A stretch of DNA of 50,296 bases from Candidatus Hadarchaeales archaeon (GCA_038842485.1 JAWBSP010000004.1:1-50296), one strand, 5' to 3'. Numbered from the stretch's first letter, positions 9,063 to 18,601 are shown. Numbers and translations are program-made. The notes: generated from the sequence alone by a model not told the origin.

Positions 9063-9521
9063 ATGGGGAGATGCTTTCTCAGCAAAAGGGAGACAAGAGA
9101 GATCCTAGGTAAACTTGAGAGACTCGGTTTTCAGGGGAAGCTCTCGGGAGGGATGGAGAAAATCAAGCTGAAAGGAAAAACCGTCTTCCTGCACGAGGGT
9201 AAACCGCTTTGTTTTGAGGAGGAGGGCAGGCTTTTTCCAGCACTTACTGCTTCTGAGCTTTTCCAGCTCAGGAAGGTGGTGGTGGACATGGGTGCGGTGC
9301 CGCATATAGTAAACGGTGCGAATGTCATGGCTCCGGGGATTGTGCGGATGGATCCCCTGAAGGAGGGCGAGGAGGTTTTGGTGGTGGACGAGAAGTACGG
9401 AAAACCCATTGCGGTAGGTCTCTCGACCGTTTCGGGGGAGAAGCCGGAGAGGGGCGTGGTGGTGAGGAATGTTCACCATCTCGGTGACGAGGTTTGGAAA
9501 ATTGGGTTGAAGTCTCGGTGA
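9063..9521 (+). CDS. PUA-domain RNA-binding protein (DUF1947/MCT-1-like)
   Basis: VVVDMGAVPHIVNGANVMAPGIV, VHHLGDEVW; likely start ATG 9063 rather than 8823. Confidence 0.9.
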   Translation: MGRCFLSKRETREILGKLERLGFQGKLSGGMEKIKLKGKTVFLHEGKPLCFEEEGRLFPALTASELFQLRKVVVDMGAVPHIVNGANVMAPGIVRMDPLKEGEEVLVVDEKYGKPIAVGLSTVSGEKPERGVVVRNVHHLGDEVWKIGLKSR

Positions 9522-9572
9522 GTATCCAAGTTTAGAGCCAAAAGCAGGTACGAGGATTTGCTCAGAAACGGG

Positions 9573-9644
9573 TGGACCGGGCGGGATTCGAACCCGCGAC
9601 CTCTCGCATGCCAAGCGAGCGATCTACCGCTGATCTACCGGCCC
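9573..9644 (-). tRNA. tRNA-Ala(GGC)
   Basis: Reverse complement GGGCCGG...CTCGC-TTGGCAT-GCGAG...GGTTCGAATCC...CCGGTCCA; G3:U70 pair. Confidence 0.96.
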
Positions 9645-9669
9645 CACATAATCTTCGAAGAGAAACTTT

Positions 9670-10548
9670 TTACCTGAGCCCCAGAGCGGAGAGTATTTTT
9701 TTGAGCTCCTCCCTGGTCTCCCTCTTGACCTCCACCAGCGGGAGGCGTGGAGGGCCAGCTGGGAGTCCCATGAGTTCCAAGGCCGCCTTGACGGGGGCAG
9801 GGTTGGTTTCGAGGAACAGCGCTCTGAAGAGGGGGGAGAGCCTGTAGTGGATTTCTTGGGCTTCCTTGAGGTTCCCCTTTCTGAAGGCATCCACCATCTC
9901 CTTCACCAGCCTGGGGGCCACATTGGAGGCCACCGAGATCACCCCCACGCCTCCGAGGGCTAGGATGGGGAGCGTTTGGTTGTCGTTGCCCGAAAAGACC
10001 ACAAAATCCTTCCCCCTCGTCAGCTCAATTACCTCAGATACTTGCTCCACCGTGCTGGCTTCCTTGATTCCTACAATGTTTTTGAGTTCAGAGAGCCTAG
10101 CAACCGTCGTGGGGAGAAGGTTTACACCGGTTCGGGAGGGTATGTTGTACAGGATCTGTGGGATGTCCACCTCCTCGGCAAGGGTTTTGAAGTGCAGGTA
10201 GAGCCCCTCCTGCGTGGGGCGGTTGTAATAAGGAACCACCAGCAGGGCCCCGTCTGCCTTTACCTTTTTTGCAAAGCGCGTCAGCATGAGTGCCTCCCTG
10301 GTGGAGTTGCTCCCGGTACCGGCCACGACGGGGACCCTTCCCTTCACCTCCTTCACGACTATTTCTATCACCCGCTCGTGCTCCTCATACGAAAGGGTTG
10401 CGCACTCACCGGTAGTCCCAACTGGCACCAGCCCCTCTATGCCCTCCCGAAGCTGGAACCGGAGGAGTTCCTTCAGACCATCCTCGTCGAGCTTATTTTT
10501 CCTATCAAAGGGAGTAACCAGCGCCGTGTAGGTTCCTTCAAACCTCAC
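9670..10548 (-). CDS. dapA: 4-hydroxy-tetrahydrodipicolinate synthase
   Basis: GTTGE, PYYNRP, LYNIPSRTG, GIKEAS, ETNPAPVK. Confidence 0.96.
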   Translation of the reverse strand: MRFEGTYTALVTPFDRKNKLDEDGLKELLRFQLREGIEGLVPVGTTGECATLSYEEHERVIEIVVKEVKGRVPVVAGTGSNSTREALMLTRFAKKVKADGALLVVPYYNRPTQEGLYLHFKTLAEEVDIPQILYNIPSRTGVNLLPTTVARLSELKNIVGIKEASTVEQVSEVIELTRGKDFVVFSGNDNQTLPILALGGVGVISVASNVAPRLVKEMVDAFRKGNLKEAQEIHYRLSPLFRALFLETNPAPVKAALELMGLPAGPPRLPLVEVKRETREELKKILSALGLR

Positions 10549-11767
10549 CTATCTCCCTCATCACCTTTTTGAGGATTTCAACCCCCCTCTTTCTATCCTC
10601 CCAGTCCAGCAGGAAGCTGATGGAGGCTCTGCTTGTCATCATCTCCACGATGTTTATTCCCTTTTCCGCGAGGGGTTGGGTGAGCTTTGCAATCATGCCG
10701 GGAGTATCGATGAATTTCTCGCTCTCGCAGACGATTAAGGCGAGCCTGCCCGTCTTGGTCACGGATTTCATGTGCTTTTCCCTCAGCACTACTTGGTGGA
10801 GGGCCCGCTGGGCTTCCTCCCCCTGCTTCTCGTCTACGTAGATGGAAAAGGAACGGGGCCCGATTGAGACCCCAAAAATGTTTATCCCCCTCCTGCTTAG
10901 GGGTGAGGCCGCCTTGTAGAGGATTCCTGGCGTGGTCTGCATGTTCTCCCCCACCACGGTTACCATGGTGAGGGGATTTTCGTGAAGTCTAACCGACGCG
11001 GAGGCCTGCGTTGGTCCCACTATCTCCGTCCCCTTGGCAGATAAATCGCTGTGCCTAATGTTTATAATTCTGGCCCTCAACGCAGGGTCCTTGAAGTTGA
11101 GGGCGCGGGGGTGCATCTTTCCCATTCCAAACCGTGCGAGGTCCCTGAGTTCCTCGACCGTGATGGTGGGTAAAAGCTTTGCCCCCTTCACCGAGGAGGG
11201 GTCGGCGCTCATGATCCCGTCCACGTTCGTGACAATGATGGTCTCCGCTTTGAGGCATTGGCTCAGGACGAAGGCCGTGATGTCGCTACCGCCCCGGCCG
11301 AGTGTGGTCAGCCTCCCCGAGGCATCCTTCCCTAGAAAGCCGCAGACCACGGGGATCTCCCCCCTCTCAAGCATGGGTTCTAGGAATCTCTTGACTCTCT
11401 TCCTAGTTTCCTGCAGGTTCACTCCCGCGTTTCCTGGGGTGGAATCCGTGATGATAGGCCACTCTTGGTTTTCAGGGGTGATGGCGGTCGATTTGAGACC
11501 TAAGCTTCTGAGGGCAGCCGAAAACAATCTGGCAGAAATTACCTCCCCCATACCCATTATCGCATCCAGTTCCGCCGCTGTGATTTTTCCGTCCGTCGCC
11601 TCTCTGCTCAGGGAGATTAGCTGGTCGGTGGTGTCCCCCATGGCCGAGACCACCACCACTACCTTCTTCCCCTTTTCGATCTCCTTCTTCACGCATCGTG
11701 CAGCTCGCAGTATCTTCTTTCCGTCAGCGAGCACCGCACCGCCAAACTTCACTATCAGCCCAGCCAT
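10538..11767 (-). CDS. lysC: Aspartate kinase with ACT domains
   Basis: IVKFGG, VVSAMGDTTD, TLGRGGSD, two C-terminal ACT repeats. Confidence 0.95.
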   Translation of the reverse strand: MAGLIVKFGGAVLADGKKILRAARCVKKEIEKGKKVVVVVSAMGDTTDQLISLSREATDGKITAAELDAIMGMGEVISARLFSAALRSLGLKSTAITPENQEWPIITDSTPGNAGVNLQETRKRVKRFLEPMLERGEIPVVCGFLGKDASGRLTTLGRGGSDITAFVLSQCLKAETIIVTNVDGIMSADPSSVKGAKLLPTITVEELRDLARFGMGKMHPRALNFKDPALRARIINIRHSDLSAKGTEIVGPTQASASVRLHENPLTMVTVVGENMQTTPGILYKAASPLSRRGINIFGVSIGPRSFSIYVDEKQGEEAQRALHQVVLREKHMKSVTKTGRLALIVCESEKFIDTPGMIAKLTQPLAEKGINIVEMMTSRASISFLLDWEDRKRGVEILKKVMREIGEV

Positions 11768-13038
11768 GGCGGGATCCTGTCCATCCTGATTACCTCTTCG
11801 GGAGTTTCCCGCTCCCTGACCACCGCCACCCCCTTATCTGAGACCAGCACCATGGCCGGCCGGGGGTGGCCGGTGTGCTGGTTGGACATGGAGAGCCCAT
11901 AAGCCCCCGTGTCGAAGACCGCCAAGAGATCGCCAACTTTTGGTCTCGGGAGCTTCCTCTCCCACCCGATCGCGTCAGAGGTTTCGCAGAGTGGTCCTCC
12001 CACGTTAACCAAGCAATCATGCTCCTCCCTCATCCGGTTTGCGAGTTCCACGTGGTGGTAGGAGCCGTAGAGGGCCGGGCGGATGAGGGCGTTCATTCCT
12101 GCATCCACATATACCCAAGAGGGAGTGCCGGCTCTCTCCTTGAAGGCACCAACCCTGAGCAGGAGGATTCCCGCGTCCGCCACGAGGTACCTACCGGGCT
12201 CTAGCACCAGTGTGGGTGGCTCCCCCTCAATCTTCCTGAGTTCGCCTAAGATTCCCTCCGCTATCTTGTCGAGGGGAGCAGGATTCTCTCCTTTGTAGGG
12301 GATACCAATCCCTCCACCGAGATCTATCTTTTCCAAGTTGCAAATTTTCCGCGCTGCTGAAAAAAACTCAACCAATTTTCTGGCCTCCTCTATGAAGGGT
12401 TCCGGCTCAAGGATCTGTGATCCTATGTGGCAGTGCACCGCTTCCAGTAGGATGTGGCTTTCCCCTGCCGCCCTCCTGTAGGCTTCCAGGGCTTCTCCGG
12501 ATTCCAGATCCAGCCCGAACTTGCTTTCTCTTGCCCCAGCCATGATGTAGGGGTGAGTGGGTGGCCGGATGTTCGGGTTCACCCTAAAACCCACCCTCGC
12601 GTTCAGCCGCAACTTTTTGGCGATGGTACTCAACCTTTCAAATTCATCATAGCTGTCCAGGTTTATCAGCACGCCCGTTTTTATTGCGTGTTCCAGTTCT
12701 TCATCGCTTTTGTTTGGCCCATTAAAGACGATCTTCTCCGGCGTAACCCCAACCCGCAGGGCAATTTTGAGTTCGGTGAGAGAGGCGACCTCAGCCCCAG
12801 CTCCTTCCTGCTGGAGAATCTTGCAAACCGCTAGGTTGTTGTTCGCTTTGTAGGCGTAGCAGATGAGCAGTTTAGGCCAACTCGCAAAGGCCTCCCGGAA
12901 CCTGCGGTAGTTTTCCCTGATTCTGACCTCATCCACCACGTAGAGTGGGGTTCCAAATCTCTCCGCCAGCTCCACCGCATCGTACCCCCTGATGGTGAGG
13001 TGCCCACGCTCGTTCACACCGAAGTGCTCCTTTAGCAT
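11755..13038 (-). CDS. lysA: Diaminopimelate decarboxylase
   Basis: YAYKAN (PLP Lys), HCHIGSQ, LEPGRYL, GPLCETSD, GAYG. Confidence 0.95.
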   Translation of the reverse strand: MLKEHFGVNERGHLTIRGYDAVELAERFGTPLYVVDEVRIRENYRRFREAFASWPKLLICYAYKANNNLAVCKILQQEGAGAEVASLTELKIALRVGVTPEKIVFNGPNKSDEELEHAIKTGVLINLDSYDEFERLSTIAKKLRLNARVGFRVNPNIRPPTHPYIMAGARESKFGLDLESGEALEAYRRAAGESHILLEAVHCHIGSQILEPEPFIEEARKLVEFFSAARKICNLEKIDLGGGIGIPYKGENPAPLDKIAEGILGELRKIEGEPPTLVLEPGRYLVADAGILLLRVGAFKERAGTPSWVYVDAGMNALIRPALYGSYHHVELANRMREEHDCLVNVGGPLCETSDAIGWERKLPRPKVGDLLAVFDTGAYGLSMSNQHTGHPRPAMVLVSDKGVAVVRERETPEEVIRMDRIPPWLG

Positions 13039-14366
13039 GTTCTCTGGACTTCAGCGACGGCCTCCTCCAGCAGGTCCAGACCAAGGCTCAGCTCCTCCTC
13101 CTCGATGATGAGGGGTGGGGCAATTCTTATGGTCGAGTTTCCCCCCCTGAAGACGAGAATTCCCTTTTCTAGACCCTTCCTTACCACCAGATCTCTCTCC
13201 TCGGGAGCAGGCTTCTTCGTCTTCTGGTCTTTAACGAACTCGATGGCTAGCAGCAGTCCCTTGCCCCTTACGTCACCCACTATCTCGTATTTTTTCCATT
13301 CCTCCATTCTTCTCAGGGCCTTGCTGCCCAACTCTGCTGCTCTCTCGGTTAAACGTTCCCTCTCCAGAATCTTGAGACCCGCGAGTGCGGCTGCGCAAGC
13401 CAGCGCATTACCGCCGAAGGTGTTCGCGTGGGCTCCCTTTTTCCAGTCCATCACCTCTTTCCTCGCCACAATTGCTCCTATGGGTACCATGCCTCCGCTC
13501 AGGGCCTTTGCCAGACAAACGATGTCGGGAATCACGCCCCAATGCTCGATGGCAAGCATCTTGCCTGATCTCCCAAGCCCGGTTTGAACTTCGTCTGAGA
13601 TGAAGAGCCAGCCATGCTCTCTGCAGAGCTCGGCAATCATGGGGAAGAATTCTGGGGGAGGAACAATGTACCCGGAGGTTCCCTGAATGGGTTCCGTTAT
13701 CACGGCTCCTACCTCCGTGGGCGGGATGGTGGTACGCAGAGAGCGTCTGAGGTACTCAACGCAGAGAAAGTCACAGCCGGGATAGCTCTGTCCGAAGGCA
13801 CACCGGTAGCAGTAGGCAAAGGGCGCGAAATGAACTCCGGGCACGAGGGGGGAGAACCTTTCCCTGTGAACAAAATTGCTTCCCGTCAGGCTGAGGGCAC
13901 CCATGGTTCTTCCGTGGAAGGCACCAGTGAAGGAGATTATGCCCGCTCTCCCTGTGTGCCATCTAGCGCACTTGAAGGCCGCTTCAACTGCCTCCGTTCC
14001 CGAGTTACAGAAAAAGACACTTTTCTCAAAGTTTCCGGGCATGATGCTGGTGAGCTTCTCGGCCAGCTCCACCTGGAGTGGGTGATAAAAGTCTGTTCCC
14101 GGGACGTGGCCCAGCATGCCCGCCTGTGTTCTAACGGCTTCCACGATTTCCGGGTGGGAGTAGCCATAGTTTAAAACGAACATCCCCGACGAAAGGTCGA
14201 GAAAAGTGTTGCCGTCGACATCAATAAGGTAACAACCCTCCCCCCTTTCCCAAACGATTGGATCCTCCCTCGTGCAGGAGGGGGAGATCACTTTCTGGTC
14301 CCTCTCAATGATTTTCCTCGCTTTTGGACCCGGTATCTCCGTGAGAACTCTTGGACGCTTTCGCAT
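13032..14366 (-). CDS. Class III PLP aminotransferase (acetylornithine/4-aminobutyrate aminotransferase family)
   Basis: NSGTEAVEAA, AFHGRT, EPIQG, DEVQTGLGRSG, AKALSGG, TFGGN. Confidence 0.9.
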   Translation of the reverse strand: MRKRPRVLTEIPGPKARKIIERDQKVISPSCTREDPIVWERGEGCYLIDVDGNTFLDLSSGMFVLNYGYSHPEIVEAVRTQAGMLGHVPGTDFYHPLQVELAEKLTSIMPGNFEKSVFFCNSGTEAVEAAFKCARWHTGRAGIISFTGAFHGRTMGALSLTGSNFVHRERFSPLVPGVHFAPFAYCYRCAFGQSYPGCDFLCVEYLRRSLRTTIPPTEVGAVITEPIQGTSGYIVPPPEFFPMIAELCREHGWLFISDEVQTGLGRSGKMLAIEHWGVIPDIVCLAKALSGGMVPIGAIVARKEVMDWKKGAHANTFGGNALACAAALAGLKILERERLTERAAELGSKALRRMEEWKKYEIVGDVRGKGLLLAIEFVKDQKTKKPAPEERDLVVRKGLEKGILVFRGGNSTIRIAPPLIIEEEELSLGLDLLEEAVAEVQRTC

Positions 14367-14404
14367 GTAAATTTAACACTGGCAAATAAAAATCTAAAGT
14401 TAGT

Positions 14405-14992
14405 CTAGGGGATTTCGGCTGGAAGGACTTGGCAGTAGAGGTGGAGGACTTTCCCGATTTGAGCCGAAGGATCGATCAACTGCATTTCGCTTATCGGAAG
14501 TCTGATGAGGTAATGGTCGTTGTATCTCGTGGGGTCGTAAAGTGGGTCCTTGAGGTACTGGCGATGGGGCACCCATTTTTTCCTCAGAGGGGCACCTAGC
14601 TTGTCCCTGAAATTGAAGCAAACCTCACCCCTTTCGTCCAGCCCGCAGACGAGCGCAAGGGCACCTCCAATGATGGCCTTGTTTCCTTTAAACTTACCGT
14701 CAGGATAGGGAAGGAAAGGCAGCTTGTAGTTTTCCAACAGCCCCCTCAGCTCCCTCGCCAGCGCGCGCGCCTCCTGCTGGTTAAAGTTCCCGAAAAATTC
14801 TTTCTCCCCGTATATCTTTGCGTCCAACTGGTACATGGCCAGACTGAGCTTGGCTGGAACCTTCCTGCTCCAGCTCCACAGCCCCGCCCTGATTTTTGAG
14901 AAGAAATCCGATCTTTTGCGTAGCTTCTTTATTCCCTCCTCAAAGCGCTCTATCTCCTTCAATGCCTTGTTTGGCCGAATTTCTCCTGCCAT
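14405..14992 (-). CDS. Hypothetical protein, last gene of the coiled-coil cluster
   Basis: 195-aa ORF 1 bp from the upstream gene; no family recognised. Confidence 0.65.
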   Translation of the reverse strand: MAGEIRPNKALKEIERFEEGIKKLRKRSDFFSKIRAGLWSWSRKVPAKLSLAMYQLDAKIYGEKEFFGNFNQQEARALARELRGLLENYKLPFLPYPDGKFKGNKAIIGGALALVCGLDERGEVCFNFRDKLGAPLRKKWVPHRQYLKDPLYDPTRYNDHYLIRLPISEMQLIDPSAQIGKVLHLYCQVLPAEIP

Positions 14993-14993
14993 C

Positions 14994-15314
14994 TTATCGG
15001 GCAGTCAGTTGGTCGATCAGTTTATTGTACTCTTTGATGTCCCTCGTCAGCCTTTCGGCCAGTGCGGCATATTCCTCGCGCTCTCTCTCGACTTCAGCCA
15101 GTCTGCGCTTGAGGCTCTCAAGCTCCTTCATTGCTGTCTCATATTTTTGTCCCAGTTCTCTGATAGTTTCCTCATACTGCTCGCACCGCGCCCGGTATTC
15201 ATCGCTCTCCACCAGCCTCTTCTGAAGCGCCCGCAACGCCTTAAGCCTGAGTTCAGATCTTTTCAGCTCCTCGTCAATCTCGTCTAGGGGAAGCCTAGCC
15301 TTTCTTTCCGGCAT
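14994..15314 (-). CDS. Coiled-coil protein
   Basis: Continuous E/K/R/L-rich heptads; paralog of 15295-15624. Confidence 0.75.
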   Translation of the reverse strand: MPERKARLPLDEIDEELKRSELRLKALRALQKRLVESDEYRARCEQYEETIRELGQKYETAMKELESLKRRLAEVEREREEYAALAERLTRDIKEYNKLIDQLTAR

Positions 15315-15624
15315 AAGCCCGCACTAAAAGCTTGGGATTTTGGGAGGCTTTGAGCAACGCATCCACGAGTTTATTGTACTCCATGAGTTCTCTCTTAACA
15401 GCCTCAGTTTTCATCCGGCATCGCGCGCACATCTGGTTGTACTCCTTTATTTTCGCCTGCAGGAGAGCATTTTGTTTCCTGGACTCCTCGAGTTCGGCTC
15501 CTAGGGCCCTTATTTGTGCTTGGAGCTCCGAAATCTGTCGCTCGTACTCCACAAATCTTCCGACAATCCCAGCAAAAGCACGCTCGACTTTACTCGCCGG
15601 TTTTCCCCCTCCTCGCGCCATCAT
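15295..15624 (-). CDS. Coiled-coil protein
   Basis: Heptad pattern; aligns without gaps to 14994-15314. Confidence 0.75.
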   Translation of the reverse strand: MMARGGGKPASKVERAFAGIVGRFVEYERQISELQAQIRALGAELEESRKQNALLQAKIKEYNQMCARCRMKTEAVKRELMEYNKLVDALLKASQNPKLLVRAYAGKKG

Positions 15625-15671
15625 CTTTTAAAGGATATCTCAATAAAAGGGGGCTGTGGGATTGCCTTTAC

Positions 15672-16241
15672 CTAGGCGAGTCCCCTTCGCATCATGTCCT
15701 CCAGCATGGCTAGACCCTTCTCGTACATCCTGAGTTCGCTCTCCCTTTCTCTGGTTAACTCTCTGTAGTGGGACAGCCTAGTGCGATATCTCTCGAGTTT
15801 CCGCGTAAGTTCGCCTATCTTACTTTCATATTCGCTCTGGAGATCCAAGAGCTCCTGTTTAACCAAGGAGAGCTGGTCACCCAGTTCCTCCCGGACCTTC
15901 TGCGTTTCTTTTAATTTTTCAAGAGCTTTTGCCAGTTCAGCTTCCAGAAATCTGCATCTCTGCTCGGACCGCTGGATTTGTGCCCTTGCTTGATTTAGTT
16001 CCCTCCTCGCGCTCTCTTCGAGCAGTGAAATTCTCCTCCGGAGGTCACCCAGCATTCGGTTGCTTAAGGATTTTTCATATTCCATCAACTGGTGCTCTTG
16101 TTTCTCCAGTTCGGATGCTAGGATTTCGTGTGCCCGCTTGAGTTGCTCGTTCCGAGCCCGGAGTCTTGCTAGATCTTCCCTAATTGTACGTTCGGTTTCC
16201 AAAAGTTTTTTATGAATCTTCTTCAGTATCTTTTCCTTCAT
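15672..16241 (-). CDS. Long coiled-coil protein
   Basis: 189 aa, no prolines, near-continuous heptads. Confidence 0.75.
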   Translation of the reverse strand: MKEKILKKIHKKLLETERTIREDLARLRARNEQLKRAHEILASELEKQEHQLMEYEKSLSNRMLGDLRRRISLLEESARRELNQARAQIQRSEQRCRFLEAELAKALEKLKETQKVREELGDQLSLVKQELLDLQSEYESKIGELTRKLERYRTRLSHYRELTRERESELRMYEKGLAMLEDMMRRGLA

Positions 16242-16271
16242 TACACTTTTTATATTCGTTAATACAAAATG

Positions 16272-17483
16272 CTAGGCACCGAATTTCTGCATTTTACCCA
16301 TGAGGTTGAGGAGAATCGGAAGAAGATCTCTCCCTAAAATGTATCCCAGACCTCCCTTAGTACAGGATCTCTCATCGAAGGAGCGAACCTCATCTTTTCT
16401 GATACCGGGACCGACAAGGGCAAAGGGAACGGGATCTCCGGCATGCTCCCTGAAGTCCACGGGAGTGGTGTGGTCGGCAGTGAGGAGAAGGAAGTCGCTT
16501 GCCCCCCACAGCTGGCCGAGGTACGGGTCAAGTTTCTCTATGAATTTAACTTTCTCCTCAGCTTTCCCATCGTGTCCGAGTTCATCGAAGGCCTTGATGT
16601 GTAGGAGGACGAGGTCGTTATTCTCCAGCGCCTTGAGGGTTGCCTTTATCTTACCCGCCAGGTTGGTTTGAGTGTTCCCCGTTGCACCCTCCACCTCCAC
16701 CACCTCCATGCCGGCGAGTCTGCACACACCCTTCACGATGGCAGCGGCCGCCACACAGGCCCCCTTCAGCCCGAACTTTTTCTGCAGGGGCTCCAGTTGA
16801 GGGACTACTCCCGCTCCTCTCACCAGTACCGCGTTCGCTGGAGGGATTTTTTGGGCAATCCTCTCTTTGTTGGCGGGGTGATTTTCAAGCGCTTTACAAA
16901 CCTGTCTGGTGAAAAGGTTTAGAATTTTGGCAGTTTTTCTGGCCGCCGCTGTTCGGTCCATTGGCTTGGCATTCAATATCTTGGCGCCGACCTCGTGGGG
17001 GTCGGTGTCGCTGACCGCCGCGGAGAGGCCTCTTCCCTTGAAGACGAGCACTGCGCGGTGGCCTATCGTGCTTTTGAACAGGAACTTGACCGGTAGCTTG
17101 ATTTTGTTCACGGCCTCCTCCAAGGAAGGGGCGGGAGGGACTCTCCCTGCTCTCCTGTCAAGGACCACCAGTTTATCGTCCACCGTAGCGTAGTTGGCCC
17201 TGAAGGCCACGTCCCCCGGTTCAAGTTCCAGCCCCGCCCCCGCTGCCTCAAAGGGACCCCTGCCCGTATAGACCTTGAAGGGATCGTGACCCAGAAGGGC
17301 TAGGTGGGCGGTGTCGCTTCCGGGAGGGATGCCCGGGCCGAGGGTGTGCATCATTCCGCAAATCCCCTCCGCTGCAATTCTGTCCATGTTCGGTTTTCGG
17401 GCGACCTCGAGAGGGGTTTTGTTTCCTAGGGCAGCAACTGGGCGATCGGGAAGGCCGTCACAGATGATCATGATTGCCTTCAT
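16272..17483 (-). CDS. apgM: 2,3-bisphosphoglycerate-independent phosphoglycerate mutase
   Basis: DGLPDRP, PGSDTAHL, YTGRGPFEA, DELGHDG, TADHTTP. Confidence 0.95.
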   Translation of the reverse strand: MKAIMIICDGLPDRPVAALGNKTPLEVARKPNMDRIAAEGICGMMHTLGPGIPPGSDTAHLALLGHDPFKVYTGRGPFEAAGAGLELEPGDVAFRANYATVDDKLVVLDRRAGRVPPAPSLEEAVNKIKLPVKFLFKSTIGHRAVLVFKGRGLSAAVSDTDPHEVGAKILNAKPMDRTAAARKTAKILNLFTRQVCKALENHPANKERIAQKIPPANAVLVRGAGVVPQLEPLQKKFGLKGACVAAAAIVKGVCRLAGMEVVEVEGATGNTQTNLAGKIKATLKALENNDLVLLHIKAFDELGHDGKAEEKVKFIEKLDPYLGQLWGASDFLLLTADHTTPVDFREHAGDPVPFALVGPGIRKDEVRSFDERSCTKGGLGYILGRDLLPILLNLMGKMQKFGA

Positions 17484-17544
17484 CTACCAATCGAAATGAA
17501 TTTATTTCTCTTGCCTGCTAAAGTCGGGTCTCCAAGTTTAATGA

Positions 17545-17622
17545 GGGCCCGTCGTCCAGTCAGGACAGGACGTCTGGCTTCGGACCAGAAGGTCGTGGGT
17601 TCGAATCCCACCGGGCCCGCCA
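17545..17622 (+). tRNA. tRNA-Arg(TCG), CCA encoded
   Basis: GGGCCCG...TCTGG-CTTCGGA-CCAGA...GGTTCGAATCC...CGGGCCCGCCA. Confidence 0.96.
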
Positions 17623-17678
17623 CTGAAATCAAAAAGATTTATGCCAATTTACCACAAAAACACAAAAATTATGGTGGA

Positions 17679-17945
17679 ATGGCAGAAATAGTGAAAATCG
17701 ATAGGTCAGGCCGAATGGTGATCCCGAAGAGGGTTCGCAGGGAACTAGGTATAGACAAAGCAGGTCAACTTCTCCTGAGCGTCCAAGGAAAGGATCGACT
17801 ACTGCTCCAAAAGCTAGACATAGAATCGTTGGTTGAGGGGCTCAAGGAGGAGATAGCCGGAAAAGATGTCGATGCCATAGTTAAAACAGTCAGGAAGGAA
17901 ATCAATGCGAAAATCAAGGCCCTCTACCCAGACCTTTTTGCTTGA
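17679..17945 (+). CDS. AbrB/MazE/SpoVT-family antitoxin
   Basis: VKIDRSGRMVIPKRVRRELGI; likely start ATG 17679, since the longer ORF runs through the tRNA. Confidence 0.88.
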   Translation: MAEIVKIDRSGRMVIPKRVRRELGIDKAGQLLLSVQGKDRLLLQKLDIESLVEGLKEEIAGKDVDAIVKTVRKEINAKIKALYPDLFA

Positions 17946-18012
17946 TACAAACGTGTTCATCGCCGCCATCGAGGATCCAGAGAGACAAACGAGTGCCCTT
18001 CGGCTGCTTTAG
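17905..18012 (+). pseudogene. Truncated VapC/PIN toxin remnant
   Basis: MRKSRPSTQTFLLDTNVFIAAIEDPERQTSALRLL*; PIN N-terminal LDTNV motif overlapping the antitoxin, stop after 35 aa. Confidence 0.75.
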
Positions 18013-18041
18013 GTGACCTTGGAAAGCCACTTGGTGGCCTG

Positions 18042-18575
18042 CTAGGGAGCCTGCCTGAAGGCCTCTACAAACCTCTCGAAGGAGTCCTTCCCGTAAAGGC
18101 AGATGGTTACCAGCTCCAAGGATTTTTTTCTCTTGGAGAACCTCCCGAGTTCGGTTTTCATTACCTTGGCACAGATCTCCATTGGATAACCGTAGACACC
18201 CGTGGAAATGGCGGGGAGCGCCAGCGTTCTGAGTCCGAGCCTGTCAGCGGCCTGGAGGGAGTTCCTAACAGCCTCCGCAAGTTTTTCCTCGCCCTCTTCG
18301 CCGTAGATGGGACCAACGGCATGGATGACGTACTTGGCTTTCAACCTTCCAGCGCCGGTGACCGCCACCTCCCCCGTCTTCAAGGGTCCATGCTTTTTCA
18401 CGTACTCGTCACTTTCCCTCTGAATCTCCTCCCCTCCCCTCCTCACAATCGCCGCGGCCACACCTCCTCCATGTTTCAGATATCGATTGGCGGCATTCAC
18501 GATGGCGTCGCACTCCAGCAGCGTGATGTCGCCCTCAACTATCCTTACTTTTAGATCTCCAAATTCGAATTCCAT
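18042..18575 (-). CDS. Macro-domain protein (ADP-ribose binding/hydrolase)
   Basis: GDIT, IVNAAN..LKHGGGVA, VIHAVGP, PAISTGVYG. Confidence 0.93.
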   Translation of the reverse strand: MEFEFGDLKVRIVEGDITLLECDAIVNAANRYLKHGGGVAAAIVRRGGEEIQRESDEYVKKHGPLKTGEVAVTGAGRLKAKYVIHAVGPIYGEEGEEKLAEAVRNSLQAADRLGLRTLALPAISTGVYGYPMEICAKVMKTELGRFSKRKKSLELVTICLYGKDSFERFVEAFRQAP

Positions 18576-18601
18576 TTCAGACTTGGAGCAAAATTAAAAA
18601 T

